64,000 bases of DNA from Methylotenera sp. (GTDB lineage: Bacteria > Pseudomonadota > Gammaproteobacteria > Burkholderiales > Methylophilaceae): contig DATHWQ010000032.1 in the NCBI GenBank assembly GCA_035460465.1, forward strand, positions 33,427-97,426, read 5' to 3'. Numbering within the stretch: position 1 is the stretch's first letter; the number at the start of each line of letters is the position of its first letter. Under the pieces are notes generated by a model. It did not search any database, was not told the DNA's origin, and saw only the letters and a program-made list of their open reading frames with translations. This document shows positions 42,046-51,840 of this stretch, piece by piece. Both the position numbers and the translations under genes were made by a program.

Positions 42046-43272
42046 TTAATCAACTACTGGTTGAACTAACTGTTTGGTTAAATTAACTATATTAGCGCTT
42101 AAAAAAGTTTTGATGATGGCAGACAAACGTTGTACTAATATTTTAGCCTCATCTTCGCTCATGACTAATGGCGGCAATAAACGCACTACAGAATCAGCCG
42201 TAACGTTAATCAACAGCTTATCTTCTAGCGCCATTTTCACTAGGTCACCACACGGGCGGTCTAGCTCAATACCAATCATCAAGCCTGCATTACGCACGGT
42301 GACAATGCCTTTGATACCTTTGAATTCGGCATTGAAACCTTCACGAATCAAATTACCAATTTTCTCAGCATTTTCCCGCAAGCCTTCTTCTTCCACGATA
42401 TTTAAGGTCGCCAAACCTGCAGCCGATGCCAATGGATTACCACCAAAGGTAGAGCCATGCTTGCCATAGGTAAACACTTCCGCGGCTTTACCACTGGCCA
42501 GACAGGCGCCAATCGGCACACCTGACCCTAAGCCCTTAGCCAAGCTCATGACATCTGGTTTAATCGCTGTATGCTGAAAACCGAACCAAGTACCAGTGCG
42601 ACCGATGCCAGTTTGCACTTCATCCAGCATCAATAACCAATCATGTGCATCACAAATCTCACGCAGAGTTTCCAGGTAACCACTCGCATCTTTTGGAATG
42701 TTGATACCGCCCTCGCCTTGCACAGGCTCCACCAAGACAGCCACTACATTTGGATTACGTGAAGCGATGTGTTTAACTGCTTCGATATCATCGTAAGGCA
42801 CACGAATAAAACCACTCACCAATGGCTCAAAACCGGCTTGAACCTTGCGGTTACCTGTCGCTGAAAGTGTTGCCATGGTACGTCCATGAAATGACTTGTC
42901 CATGACAATGATTTCAGGCGTTTCAATGCCCTTATTGTGTCCGTATAGTCTTGCTAGCTTGATGCTGGCCTCATTGGCCTCACATCCAGAATTACAGAAA
43001 AACACTTTATCCATGCCTGAAATTTCGCACAATTTATCAGCCAAGGCGCTTTGTTCAGCTATGTTGTAAACGTTGGAGACGTGAATCAGCTTGGCGGCTT
43101 GCTCGCTAATTGCTTTTACCAATTTAGGATGTGCATGACCCAAGCCATTCACCGCGACACCGGCAAGTGCGTCTAAGTATTTATTACCTTTTTCATCCCA
43201 TAGCCACACGCCTTCACCCTTTGTGAAGGTCACTGGTTGGCGCATATAGGTATTCATTAAATGATCTGACAT
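42046..43272 (-). CDS. argD: Acetylornithine aminotransferase
   Basis: SFHGRT, DEVQTG, LAKGLG and HGSTFGGNP motifs; precedes argF. Confidence 0.95.
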   Translation of the reverse strand: MSDHLMNTYMRQPVTFTKGEGVWLWDEKGNKYLDALAGVAVNGLGHAHPKLVKAISEQAAKLIHVSNVYNIAEQSALADKLCEISGMDKVFFCNSGCEANEASIKLARLYGHNKGIETPEIIVMDKSFHGRTMATLSATGNRKVQAGFEPLVSGFIRVPYDDIEAVKHIASRNPNVVAVLVEPVQGEGGINIPKDASGYLETLREICDAHDWLLMLDEVQTGIGRTGTWFGFQHTAIKPDVMSLAKGLGSGVPIGACLASGKAAEVFTYGKHGSTFGGNPLASAAGLATLNIVEEEGLRENAEKIGNLIREGFNAEFKGIKGIVTVRNAGLMIGIELDRPCGDLVKMALEDKLLINVTADSVVRLLPPLVMSEDEAKILVQRLSAIIKTFLSANIVNLTKQLVQPVVD

Positions 43273-43348
43273 AAATAACTTTTTTCTAACTTAAACTAAA
43301 ATGATTAAAACTAAATTAACTGACCAAATATTGGCTCAATAAAACGCA

Positions 43349-43370
43349 AACGGCGGCTAATGCCGCCGTT
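43349..43370 (-). terminator. Rho-independent terminator
   Basis: AACGGCGGC/GCCGCCGTT stem just after the 43387 stop codon. Confidence 0.7.
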
Positions 43371-43386
43371 ATATGCATTAACTTAT

Positions 43387-43878
43387 TTAGATTCCGTAGA
43401 CTACTTGATGTGACAACCCGTTGGTCATAAAGAATAACATCGGGATTGAAAGCATCATGTTAGTACGCGATGCTAAAAACGCCACTCGTCGGGCTTTCGC
43501 TTTTTCTTCGTCGCTGGCAGGTTTCATACCCAATATCTTTTTCTGGTTTGGCCAAATCAGCGCCCAAACGTTGATCAGCATGATGGTACCTAACCAAGCG
43601 CCAATACCGATTGCAGCATAGCCGTTACGCAACAAGAGTGCATCAACTAAACCGCCACCAATCAACCATACCCCTGCTAGCCATGTTGCAACTGCCGACC
43701 AACGAAACCATAACAGCGCGCGTGGCGCAACGTGCTTGGTAATACCTGCACCCGTACCATCTGCTGCGGCATCTTTTAATGCCGGCACTTGTACAAGGTT
43801 AAAATAGTAGAGCAGACCAATCCATGTAACGCCTGCAACAACATGAGCCCAACGCGCAATTCCTGGTAAGAATTCCAT
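43387..43878 (-). CDS. Urate_ox_N / PuuD-like membrane protein (no cytochrome c domain)
   Basis: RWAHVVAGVTWIGLLYYFN, LWFRWSA, NVWALIWPNQKK and SRTN motifs. Confidence 0.8.
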   Translation of the reverse strand: MEFLPGIARWAHVVAGVTWIGLLYYFNLVQVPALKDAAADGTGAGITKHVAPRALLWFRWSAVATWLAGVWLIGGGLVDALLLRNGYAAIGIGAWLGTIMLINVWALIWPNQKKILGMKPASDEEKAKARRVAFLASRTNMMLSIPMLFFMTNGLSHQVVYGI

Positions 43879-43881
43879 GAT

Positions 43882-43983
43882 TTATGCTCCCATTAACACG
43901 TTTTTGACAATTAAAAACAATACCAGCGTAAGCACTAAGCCCGCGATAATTGTTCCAGAAATCGAATCTAACGGATTTTTCAT
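43882..43983 (-). CDS. 33-aa single-TM peptide (absent from ORF track)
   Basis: RBS TAAGGAG; MKNPLDSISGTIIAGLVLTLVLFLIVKNVLMGA*; its end contains the GGAG RBS for the PuuD-like gene, which starts 3 nt downstream. Confidence 0.75.
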   Translation of the reverse strand: MKNPLDSISGTIIAGLVLTLVLFLIVKNVLMGA

Positions 43984-44192
43984 GTTGCTGATCTCCTTAT
44001 TTCTAATTTTTATGAGGTTTTTTTAATCAACTACTGTGCGTGAGATTAGCCGAAAACCACAACATTAGCAAGTTTAGACCACCATAAATATTGCTTTATA
44101 GATTCAAGTGCCACTCAAATTAGTACTTGAAAAAATTAGCAATTTAGGCAAAAATCGCCATCCTTCGTAATTTTAATTGCCACTCATTCTTT

Positions 44193-45293
44193 ATGGCATC
44201 TTTAGCATCCATTCGCCCGCTCACAACACAACCTCAATTGCCTGTTGCCTGGTACGTTGATCCGCAAATTTACGTCCTTGAACAAAAACATTTGTTTCCC
44301 AATGCACCCAATTATCTTGGGCACGCGCTTATGGTGCCCAATGTAGGTGATTATCACGTCTTGGACTGGAGTGGCGAGGCTAAAAGCCTGATTCATAATA
44401 AAGACGGCTTATGTGTGATGAGCAATGTGTGTCGACACCGGCAAGCCATCATGCTTAAAGGCAGTGGACACACTAACAACATCGTTTGCCCGTTGCATCG
44501 CTGGACCTACGACCTAGATGGCAAGCTATTAGGTGCGCCACACTTTGATGAAAATCCTTGCCTGCATCTGGATCAAAAACCTTTGCAGAACTGGCAAGGC
44601 TTATTGTTTGATGGCAAGCGCGACATTGCTAAAGACTTAGCCAAACTTGGCTGCACACAGGACTTTGATTTTACCAATTACGTATTTGATAGTGCCAAAA
44701 TTGAGCATTACAACTTCAACTGGAAGACTTTTATTGAAGCGTATTTGGAAGACTACCATGTTGGTCCATTTCACCCTGGCTTGAATCAGTTTGTAGATTG
44801 TGGCGACTTGCATTGGGATTTTGGCGAGCACTTTAGCGCGCAAACAGTAGGATTTAAACCAGAAACCTTGAAAAACAACACGCCTATCTATGAAAAGTGG
44901 CACAAAACCGCCATTGAGTACAGCGGCAAGCAAACACCTAAACATGGCGCTATCTGGTTCGCTTACTACCCATTCCTGATGGTGGAATGGTATCCGCATG
45001 TGCTGGTTGTATCGCACCTCATCCCAAACGGGATTGACCATTGCACTAACGTGACTGAGTTTTATTATCCTGAAGATATCGCTTTATTCGAGCGTGAGTT
45101 TGTAGCAGCGCATCAAGCGGCTTATTTTGAGACTGCGGTTGAAGATAAAGAAATCTGTCAGCGCATGCACGATGGCCGTCGTGCCTTATTCTCACAAGGT
45201 ATTGACGAGCGTGGCCCATATCAGCACCCAATGGAAACTGGCTTAGAACATTTTCATCGTTGGTATCGCCATCAACTTGAAGCCTTTATCTAA
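44193..45293 (+). CDS. Rieske aromatic ring-hydroxylating oxygenase alpha subunit (choline monooxygenase-like)
   Basis: CRHR...CPLHRW Rieske motif; NWK...EDYH..PFH mononuclear iron motif. Confidence 0.9.
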   Translation: MASLASIRPLTTQPQLPVAWYVDPQIYVLEQKHLFPNAPNYLGHALMVPNVGDYHVLDWSGEAKSLIHNKDGLCVMSNVCRHRQAIMLKGSGHTNNIVCPLHRWTYDLDGKLLGAPHFDENPCLHLDQKPLQNWQGLLFDGKRDIAKDLAKLGCTQDFDFTNYVFDSAKIEHYNFNWKTFIEAYLEDYHVGPFHPGLNQFVDCGDLHWDFGEHFSAQTVGFKPETLKNNTPIYEKWHKTAIEYSGKQTPKHGAIWFAYYPFLMVEWYPHVLVVSHLIPNGIDHCTNVTEFYYPEDIALFEREFVAAHQAAYFETAVEDKEICQRMHDGRRALFSQGIDERGPYQHPMETGLEHFHRWYRHQLEAFI

Positions 45294-45317
45294 AGTGAAT
45301 TTCCTGCAGAGTCAAGC

Positions 45318-46247
45318 ATGAAATATCTCCTGAGATTAATAGCGTTCAGGCCTACTTATTCTTTACCCAATTTAGGCAGCTTATGGATGCTAGTTGCTGC
45401 TCTTGGCTTCGCCATTATGGGTGCACTGGTTAAAGTGGGTGCGCAAAAATTCAGCAGTGGTGAATTGGTTTTTTACCGTTCCCTATTCGGTTTGGTTGCT
45501 ATCTGGTGGTATATCCATGCAAGACGACTACCACTCGCTACACCTGTGATGTATAAGCAAATGTCACGCGCTGTAGTAGGTTTTGTCTCACTTGCACTAT
45601 TCTTTTATGCAATCGCGCATCTACCTTTGGCCACAGCCATCACCCTCAATTACACCTCGCCCCTTTTTTTGGCAGTGATTACACCTATTTTCTTACATGA
45701 AAAACCAAAGAAGACCTTATTTATCGCCCTAGCTATCGGCTTTATGGGCGTTGCGGTATTGCTTAAACCTACTTTTAACCAAGCAGATTGGCTTGCTGGC
45801 AGCCTAGGTTTATTGTCCGGTGTGGGCGCCGCATTTGCCTATATGCACGTCAAGCAACTTGGTAAAGTGAATGAACCGGATTGGCGCACAGTTTATTACT
45901 TCACCTTGATATCGACGATTGGTGCTGGCTTGTGGATGTTTTATGACAGATTTCACGCCCTTGCCTGGCAAGATCTGCCGGTATTATTGGGCTTAGGGAT
46001 TTCTGCCACCATTGCCCAGTTAGCCATGACACGCGCTTACCGCACCGGCGACACACTGGTTGTTGCAGGTTTGGCCTACGTAACGGTGGTAGTCGCCAGC
46101 TTATTTGGCGTACTGTGGTGGAATGAACACTTAACGTTGAGCGACTGGTCTGCTATCGGCCTGATTATATTAAGCGGCGTCATCAGCATGCGTACCACTC
46201 AATCACTTCCTATCCAGCCACCGCCTGCTCCCGTAGCCATTAAATAG
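45318..46247 (+). CDS. DMT/EamA family transporter
   Basis: About 10 TM segments; VFYRS, ITLNYTSP and FLHEK motifs. Confidence 0.9.
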   Translation: MKYLLRLIAFRPTYSLPNLGSLWMLVAALGFAIMGALVKVGAQKFSSGELVFYRSLFGLVAIWWYIHARRLPLATPVMYKQMSRAVVGFVSLALFFYAIAHLPLATAITLNYTSPLFLAVITPIFLHEKPKKTLFIALAIGFMGVAVLLKPTFNQADWLAGSLGLLSGVGAAFAYMHVKQLGKVNEPDWRTVYYFTLISTIGAGLWMFYDRFHALAWQDLPVLLGLGISATIAQLAMTRAYRTGDTLVVAGLAYVTVVVASLFGVLWWNEHLTLSDWSAIGLIILSGVISMRTTQSLPIQPPPAPVAIK

Positions 46248-46379
46248 CATTTATTTCTTAGTTAAATCTTGATATCCACCATCAATACAAGCACTTAGGC
46301 ATATAAATGACTAGACAATTGATTTATTCAGCAGTAATCTAACCCTCCCGCGTTAAAAACATAATCACAATAAGTCTTT

Positions 46380-46973
46380 ATGACGCTAAATCAAACAGTT
46401 AAATGGTTGGCGATAGGATTAGTGTCCTCTGCACTTTGTGCTTGTATGGGCGGCACAGTTGCACAGCAATTGGTTCGCTCTATATTGATGCATGGCGCGG
46501 ACAAAGTGACTACAGCAGCCATAGAGGCGAGTGAACGTAACGATAAATTAGCCGCACAGAAAATGCCGCTTAAGGACACTCCACCAGATGAGTACAAATT
46601 AGCATTTATTAACTCAGGTTTTGAAAAAGTGACGCTACAAGTCGAACCATTGCCTGAAGCAAAAGTTGAAGAAGAAAAATCCATCGAGGTTATGCAAGAA
46701 ACGCCACTGGTGCAAGTGGAGGTATGGAACCTACTAATAGGTGATGAAAAACAACGTATCCTTGAAAAAGCAAGACTTCAGGGTTCCATCAGCGTGCCAC
46801 CGCAAAATGAATGGCAACGATGGCAGGTTGCGACAGGAGAGTCTGTAGGTAATCAACAAACAATTACGTTTTTGATTCCTCCAGAAATCGGCAAGTTGCA
46901 TAGCGGCGCTATAGCACTGGTGGAATTATCCAGCACAGGTGAACTAAGCGTGGCCCGCTATGCAACAAACTAA
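46380..46973 (+). CDS. Hypothetical lipoprotein
   Basis: 197-aa ORF with a signal peptide ending LCAC; no family recognised. Confidence 0.65.
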   Translation: MTLNQTVKWLAIGLVSSALCACMGGTVAQQLVRSILMHGADKVTTAAIEASERNDKLAAQKMPLKDTPPDEYKLAFINSGFEKVTLQVEPLPEAKVEEEKSIEVMQETPLVQVEVWNLLIGDEKQRILEKARLQGSISVPPQNEWQRWQVATGESVGNQQTITFLIPPEIGKLHSGAIALVELSSTGELSVARYATN

Positions 46974-47000
46974 CAATTAATCCAAATTAGCCTATAAAAA

Positions 47001-47639
47001 TCAAGGGTCTATTAACCCACTGCGCATCGCAATTAGTGCAATTTCTGCCGAATTATTCGCATTAAGTTTTTGCTTGATATTGTAAAGATGCGTGCCCACA
47101 GTACGCGGGCTTAAAAACAAGGTTTCAGCAATTTCATTGGTAGTCTTACCTTTTGCTAACGCCATAAATACCTCAAATTCACGTGCCGATAACACATCCA
47201 CCGGATTTTGGTCACCAGAGAGCTGCTGAATCGCCATCTGTTGAGCAACACTTGCCTCGAGATATTTTTTACCCGTAGCCACGGTGCGAATCGCTTTAAT
47301 CAACTCTTCTGCGGCAGATCTTTTAGTCAAATATCCCATCGCACCTGCGTTCAATACACGTTTAGGATGCACCGAATCCTCATGCGCGGACAACACTAAA
47401 ATCTTTGCTGAGCTGTCTTTGGCAAGAATGCGCTCAATTGCCTCCAAACCGCCAATACCCGGCATCGTGATATCCATCACCACCACATCTGGTTTATGTT
47501 CCATATAGCGCTGAATGCTCAGCTCACCGCTCTCAGCTTCTGCCACAACTTTAATGTCGTTATCTATCTCTAGCAACATTTTAAATCCCATGCGCACCAC
47601 GGCGTGGTCATCCACTAGCATGACGTTAATTTGACTCAT
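47001..47639 (-). CDS. NarL/LuxR-family response regulator
   Basis: LVDDHAVVR, MDITMPG and LSAREFEV...LSPRTV motifs; GGAG RBS before ATG 47639. Confidence 0.93.
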   Translation of the reverse strand: MSQINVMLVDDHAVVRMGFKMLLEIDNDIKVVAEAESGELSIQRYMEHKPDVVVMDITMPGIGGLEAIERILAKDSSAKILVLSAHEDSVHPKRVLNAGAMGYLTKRSAAEELIKAIRTVATGKKYLEASVAQQMAIQQLSGDQNPVDVLSAREFEVFMALAKGKTTNEIAETLFLSPRTVGTHLYNIKQKLNANNSAEIALIAMRSGLIDP

Positions 47640-47705
47640 GTTGCACTTCTCCAAGGATTATTCAGTAGCATTTTTCGGTAAATTATAAACATTAAATTTA
47701 ATAAG

Positions 47706-49442
47706 TTATTGATTTTGTTGATGGTTAGGGATGTTGATATAAATAGTGGTGCCTAGGTTAGCCGCCGCATCGACATTAAAAGTACCATGTAAGGCTTGTG
47801 CACGCTCACGCATACCAAGCAAACCAAAATGCCTGGTCTGGTCAACCGCTTCAACGTCCATACCTATACCGTTATCCTTAATATTCAGCTGCAATGCACC
47901 AGTTTTTGTTTTGGTTAAATTGATATCAATGGCACTCGCTTCGGCATATTTTAGAGCGTTATTCAATGACTCCTGAACAATTCGATACAAATTGATGCTG
48001 ACAGTTTCACCCAGGCCTTGTAAATCACCTTCTAATTGCAGATTAATTTTGATATTAGGATTTTGAGCTTGATAACTACTCACGAAATCTTGCAAAGTTT
48101 CCGCTAAGCCTAGGTTATCCAAAGCACCGGGCCGCAACTGGCGAATGATGTTATGCATGCCGTCATAAATTTGATTGGCCGCGGATACGATTACCCCGGC
48201 GTGAGATTCGATATCTGACATACCTGGACTAGCGTTATTGGCTTTGGTTTTGTTAGCGATAGCCACTGCAAACGTTTTGATGGCAGTCACATACTGACCC
48301 AACTCATCATGCAACTCACGCGCTAAGCTGCGCCGTTCATCTTCAATATGCTTTTGAATCACATGGGTAAGTTGTCGATTTTCTTCCAACTTACGCATCG
48401 CTTCTTCAGCTCGTTTACGTTCGGTAATATCACGCATACTACAAATATCGCCAATCACTTGATTGGTTTTAGGCTCAACCAATGGCGCCGCTGAGATAGA
48501 CACATCAATGACCTTGCCAGCTTTACTAATGCGCTGCGTGATGTGGTTATCGATACTTTGGCCTGCGGTAATTACCTGCAGATTCTGCGCCAGATCGTCT
48601 TCCCACTCTTTAGGGCTCAATAAATTTGCAGATTGCCCAATAATTTCTTCTGGTGTATAGCCAAACATGCGCTGCGCTGCAAGGTTCCAAAATGAAATAT
48701 TGCCATCAAGATCATGAATCATAATGGCATCTGCCGTTTGCTGTGCTATCAGTGCCAAACGTTGATTCTCTGCGGTGCTGGCTTGTAATGAAGCTGCCAT
48801 CGCATTGAAATTGTGAGCAATACGTGAAAATTCCGGTAAAGAAAATTCAGGCAGCCGTGTTGCCAAATCACCCTGCTCCACACGGTTAATAGCTCTTAAC
48901 ATGGAACCCAAAGGCTTGAGTGAGCGCCCCAGCATCCAATACACCATGCCGTTTAACAAAACAAAGAAGCTAAGGCCAATCCAGAATAAATTGATCACTC
49001 GGCTCCAAGCCTCACGGATTGCCCCTGCTGGGTTAGGAATAATCTCTAAACGCCCAAAGCGAATCAAACGTGTCACGGGCTTTTCATTCGGGGTTAACAG
49101 CTTTACAAACCATTGTGGTGGCTTTTCATCTGCACGATATTTGGAAGGTGGAGACTGATACAACTGTGCACCACTTATACTGAAAAGCTTGATTTCATTG
49201 CTACGCACATGCCCTAAAGATTCCAAAAAGCGCCGCATCACATCATGCGTGTAGCCCCAATCTGGATTCTGCACCGAACTGATGATCACAGTATCCAATA
49301 GCTGCGTCGTCACGCGCGTGGCTGCTTCGACGCCTTCTTGTATCGAAGTTCTCATGCCCTTAATAATCACATAGCCGACCGCTATCATAAATACCATGAG
49401 CAGCGTAGTAATCAATAGATTCAAGCGAAAACGTAAACTCAT
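47706..49442 (-). CDS. HAMP-PAS HisKA_3 sensor histidine kinase (MxaY/MxcQ-like)
   Basis: ERRSLARELHDELGQ H-box, QESLNN, DNGIG and GLLGMRER motifs; two TMs, HAMP and PAS. The link to methanol control is inferred. Confidence 0.88.
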   Translation of the reverse strand: MSLRFRLNLLITTLLMVFMIAVGYVIIKGMRTSIQEGVEAATRVTTQLLDTVIISSVQNPDWGYTHDVMRRFLESLGHVRSNEIKLFSISGAQLYQSPPSKYRADEKPPQWFVKLLTPNEKPVTRLIRFGRLEIIPNPAGAIREAWSRVINLFWIGLSFFVLLNGMVYWMLGRSLKPLGSMLRAINRVEQGDLATRLPEFSLPEFSRIAHNFNAMAASLQASTAENQRLALIAQQTADAIMIHDLDGNISFWNLAAQRMFGYTPEEIIGQSANLLSPKEWEDDLAQNLQVITAGQSIDNHITQRISKAGKVIDVSISAAPLVEPKTNQVIGDICSMRDITERKRAEEAMRKLEENRQLTHVIQKHIEDERRSLARELHDELGQYVTAIKTFAVAIANKTKANNASPGMSDIESHAGVIVSAANQIYDGMHNIIRQLRPGALDNLGLAETLQDFVSSYQAQNPNIKINLQLEGDLQGLGETVSINLYRIVQESLNNALKYAEASAIDINLTKTKTGALQLNIKDNGIGMDVEAVDQTRHFGLLGMRERAQALHGTFNVDAAANLGTTIYINIPNHQQNQ

Positions 49443-49547
49443 GAGTTGAAATGACCAGTTGAGATGTGTAGAGTTTAACAACTTTAATCAAATGACAATA
49501 TAGTGTTAATCACTAGATTGATACGTATAAAGATTGGCAATATACAA

Positions 49548-50195
49548 ATGAGTCTTCTCACAACAGAATTTATTCTAAGTGCTGCCCAAACAATCCAGCA
49601 GACCATTGTGGCTAATGAGCAAACCCTGGAATCACTAGACCGCGAAATTGGTGATGGCGACCATTACATCAATATGAAACGCGGCGCATCGGTCATTGCA
49701 GAGATGCAGACAGAGTTACAAGCGCTTACGCCAGATGCGGCACTGCATAAAATCGGTATGAAGTTACTGAGTACGATTGGCGGCGCTTCTGGCCCATTAC
49801 TCGCCAGCTTTTTTATGAGCATGGCAAAGGTATTAAAAGAGAATGGTGACGATTCACACCTTAAAATCGCCGCCGCATTTGCTGCGGGTGTTGAAGCGAT
49901 TCGCCAGCGCGGCAAAGCGGATATTGGTGAAAAGACGATGCTGGATGTACTGATTCCTGTATCACATCAATTCACATTATTGGCAGCGCAAAATTGTGAT
50001 GTTAAATTAATATGTGCCACACTCATCAATACCGCGGAGCAAGGCATGCTGGCAACCAAGGATTTAATCGCTACCAAAGGCCGCGCTGCTGGTCTGGGTG
50101 AACGTGCTATTGGGCATATAGACCCTGGTGCCAAAAGTTGTCAATTAATGATAGAAACCGTATGTAATTTGGTACTTAAAGAAAGTAATCTTTAA
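49548..50195 (+). CDS. dhaL: Dihydroxyacetone kinase ADP-binding subunit
   Basis: LDREIGDGDH, GGASGPL, GEKTMLD, KGRA and DPGA motifs. Confidence 0.93.
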   Translation: MSLLTTEFILSAAQTIQQTIVANEQTLESLDREIGDGDHYINMKRGASVIAEMQTELQALTPDAALHKIGMKLLSTIGGASGPLLASFFMSMAKVLKENGDDSHLKIAAAFAAGVEAIRQRGKADIGEKTMLDVLIPVSHQFTLLAAQNCDVKLICATLINTAEQGMLATKDLIATKGRAAGLGERAIGHIDPGAKSCQLMIETVCNLVLKESNL

Positions 50196-50208
50196 ACTTT
50201 GAAGCGAA

Positions 50209-50291
50209 GTTAGCACAAGGCGCAAAAAGCCAACGTTTACTAATGTACTTTTACTAAATATAAATGCGGTCTTTTGCAACGCCGTGATAAC
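50209..50291. repeat. Intergenic palindromic element (family shared with 14697-14817)
   Basis: GTTAGCAC-AAGGCG-CAAAAAGCC ... GGTCTTTTG-CAA-CGCC-GTGATAAC folds back on itself; ACAAGGC...ACGCCGT core. Confidence 0.55.
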
Positions 50292-50306
50292 GAGCCAGGA
50301 TAAAAA

Positions 50307-51311
50307 ATGAAGAAATTTATTAATAATGTGGATGATATTCTCGTTGAAAGCCTGAGCGGTTTCGCCAGTGCACATGCTGATTTAGTGAGCCTGCATTTAG
50401 AACCTAACTTTTTAACACGCAAGAACAAAGCACCTAACAAGGTCGCCATCATCTCTGGCGGTGGCTCTGGGCACGAACCTTTGCATTCGGGGTACATAGG
50501 TTATGGCATGCTGGATGCTGTCTGCCCTGGCCATGTATTCACCTCGCCCACACCAGACCAAATGCTAGCCGCAGCAGAAGCCGTGCATGAGGACAAGGGC
50601 ATACTTTTCATCGTTAAAAACTATTCGGGCGATGTGATGAACTTTGAAATGGCGGCAGAAATGCTACCGTTTGAATCTGCCACCGTGCTTACCAGTGATG
50701 ACGTCGCCGTCATGAACTCCACCTATACAACCGGTCGCCGTGGCGTAGCGGGTACAGTGATTGTAGAAAAATGTGTAGGCAGCTTGGCAGAAACCAGCGC
50801 CAGCCTACAAGACTGTAAAACATTGGGTGACAAAGTCAATAATCGTATCGCAAGCATGGGGGTGGCACTCACTAGCTGCACCGTCCCCGCTGCGGGACGC
50901 CCTACTTTTGACATTCACCATACCGAACTGGAAATGGGTGTCGGCATTCACGGTGAGCCAGGTCGCAGGCGCGAAGCCATGCGCGATGCAGATTTAATAG
51001 TGAAAGACTTAGTGAATGCAATCATTGAAGACTTTAATGCAAGAGGTTTGAACCATGCAAAGAACAGCGAAGCATTGTTACTTGTGAACGGGTTTGCCGG
51101 CACACCGCTCATGGAGCTATATCTACTTTACAACACGGCAGCTCGGTTGTTTAACGCGCATGGCATCAAGATTGCGCGCTCATTAGTAGGCAACTATACA
51201 ACTGCTCTGGACATGGCAGGCGCATCCATTACGCTTTGCTTACTTGATGATGAAATCAAACAACATTGGGATAGCCCAGTGCATACGCCTGCCCTAAGAT
51301 GGAAAATCTAA
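50307..51311 (+). CDS. dhaK: Dihydroxyacetone kinase substrate-binding subunit
   Basis: SGGGSGHEP, FTSP, KNYSGD, GRRGVAG and GIHGEPG motifs. Confidence 0.95.
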   Translation: MKKFINNVDDILVESLSGFASAHADLVSLHLEPNFLTRKNKAPNKVAIISGGGSGHEPLHSGYIGYGMLDAVCPGHVFTSPTPDQMLAAAEAVHEDKGILFIVKNYSGDVMNFEMAAEMLPFESATVLTSDDVAVMNSTYTTGRRGVAGTVIVEKCVGSLAETSASLQDCKTLGDKVNNRIASMGVALTSCTVPAAGRPTFDIHHTELEMGVGIHGEPGRRREAMRDADLIVKDLVNAIIEDFNARGLNHAKNSEALLLVNGFAGTPLMELYLLYNTAARLFNAHGIKIARSLVGNYTTALDMAGASITLCLLDDEIKQHWDSPVHTPALRWKI

Positions 51312-51344
51312 TTAAGGGATTTTTGATTGATGGATGAGTTAGGG
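51312..51344 (-). mobile_element. Truncated attC of cassette 2
   Basis: Minus strand CCCTAAC-TCATCCATCAA lies 3 nt after the stop; CCCTAAC is complementary to the cassette's 5' core GTTAGGG; no intact R' end. Confidence 0.7.
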
Positions 51345-51347
51345 TAA

Positions 51348-51773
51348 TTATTCAATATAAAGGTCAATAATCGCATGCTTTTTCTCATTATTAGTAATTA
51401 CTCTCACAAAACCACCGTATTTAAAATCAGATGGTTGAACGCTATATTCAATATTTACCGCAAATTCAGAGCCTACTTTTGGCAGGCCCAGTGTATGACT
51501 GGTAGCGTTAATAGCTATTTTTTCGAAGTTGTAACCTACCAATAATTGTGGAAATTCATTTTGAGATATTTCAACAGAACAAGTCGTTAACACATCTGTT
51601 GTAATTGGTGACTCACATTCGATAACTCGTAACGATTTTGGTGGTGTTTTAATATTAAGAATATTCGCCACCATTTGCGGTTGTTGTAAATAATAGACTA
51701 ACCACAAAATCATTATTGCAAGATATAGGGCAACAAAAAACCATATAAATGCTTTTCCAATTTTGTGCCACAT
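51348..51773 (-). CDS. Gene cassette 2: hypothetical membrane-anchored protein
   Basis: AT-rich; N-terminal TM; ATG lies 7 nt after the attC core GTTAGGG. Confidence 0.75.
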   Translation of the reverse strand: MWHKIGKAFIWFFVALYLAIMILWLVYYLQQPQMVANILNIKTPPKSLRVIECESPITTDVLTTCSVEISQNEFPQLLVGYNFEKIAINATSHTLGLPKVGSEFAVNIEYSVQPSDFKYGGFVRVITNNEKKHAIIDLYIE

Positions 51774-51780
51774 TATTAAG

Positions 51781-51840
51781 CCCTAACGTTTGAATTAAGG
51801 GGCTGGCTTTAGCCAGTCCCGCTTGAATGATTGGTTAGGT
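51781..51840 (-). mobile_element. Integron attC site (60 bp)
   Basis: Minus strand ACCTAAC-CAATCATTCAAGCGGGACTGGCTAAAGCCAGCCCCTTAATTCAAAC-GTTAGGG: RYYYAAC...GTTRRR ends, central imperfect palindrome, and overlap with the upstream stop codon. Confidence 0.92.

Noticed and set aside
46269-46285. TTGAT-N7-ATCAA possible FNR box
   Set aside because: The spacer is 7 nt rather than the required 4.
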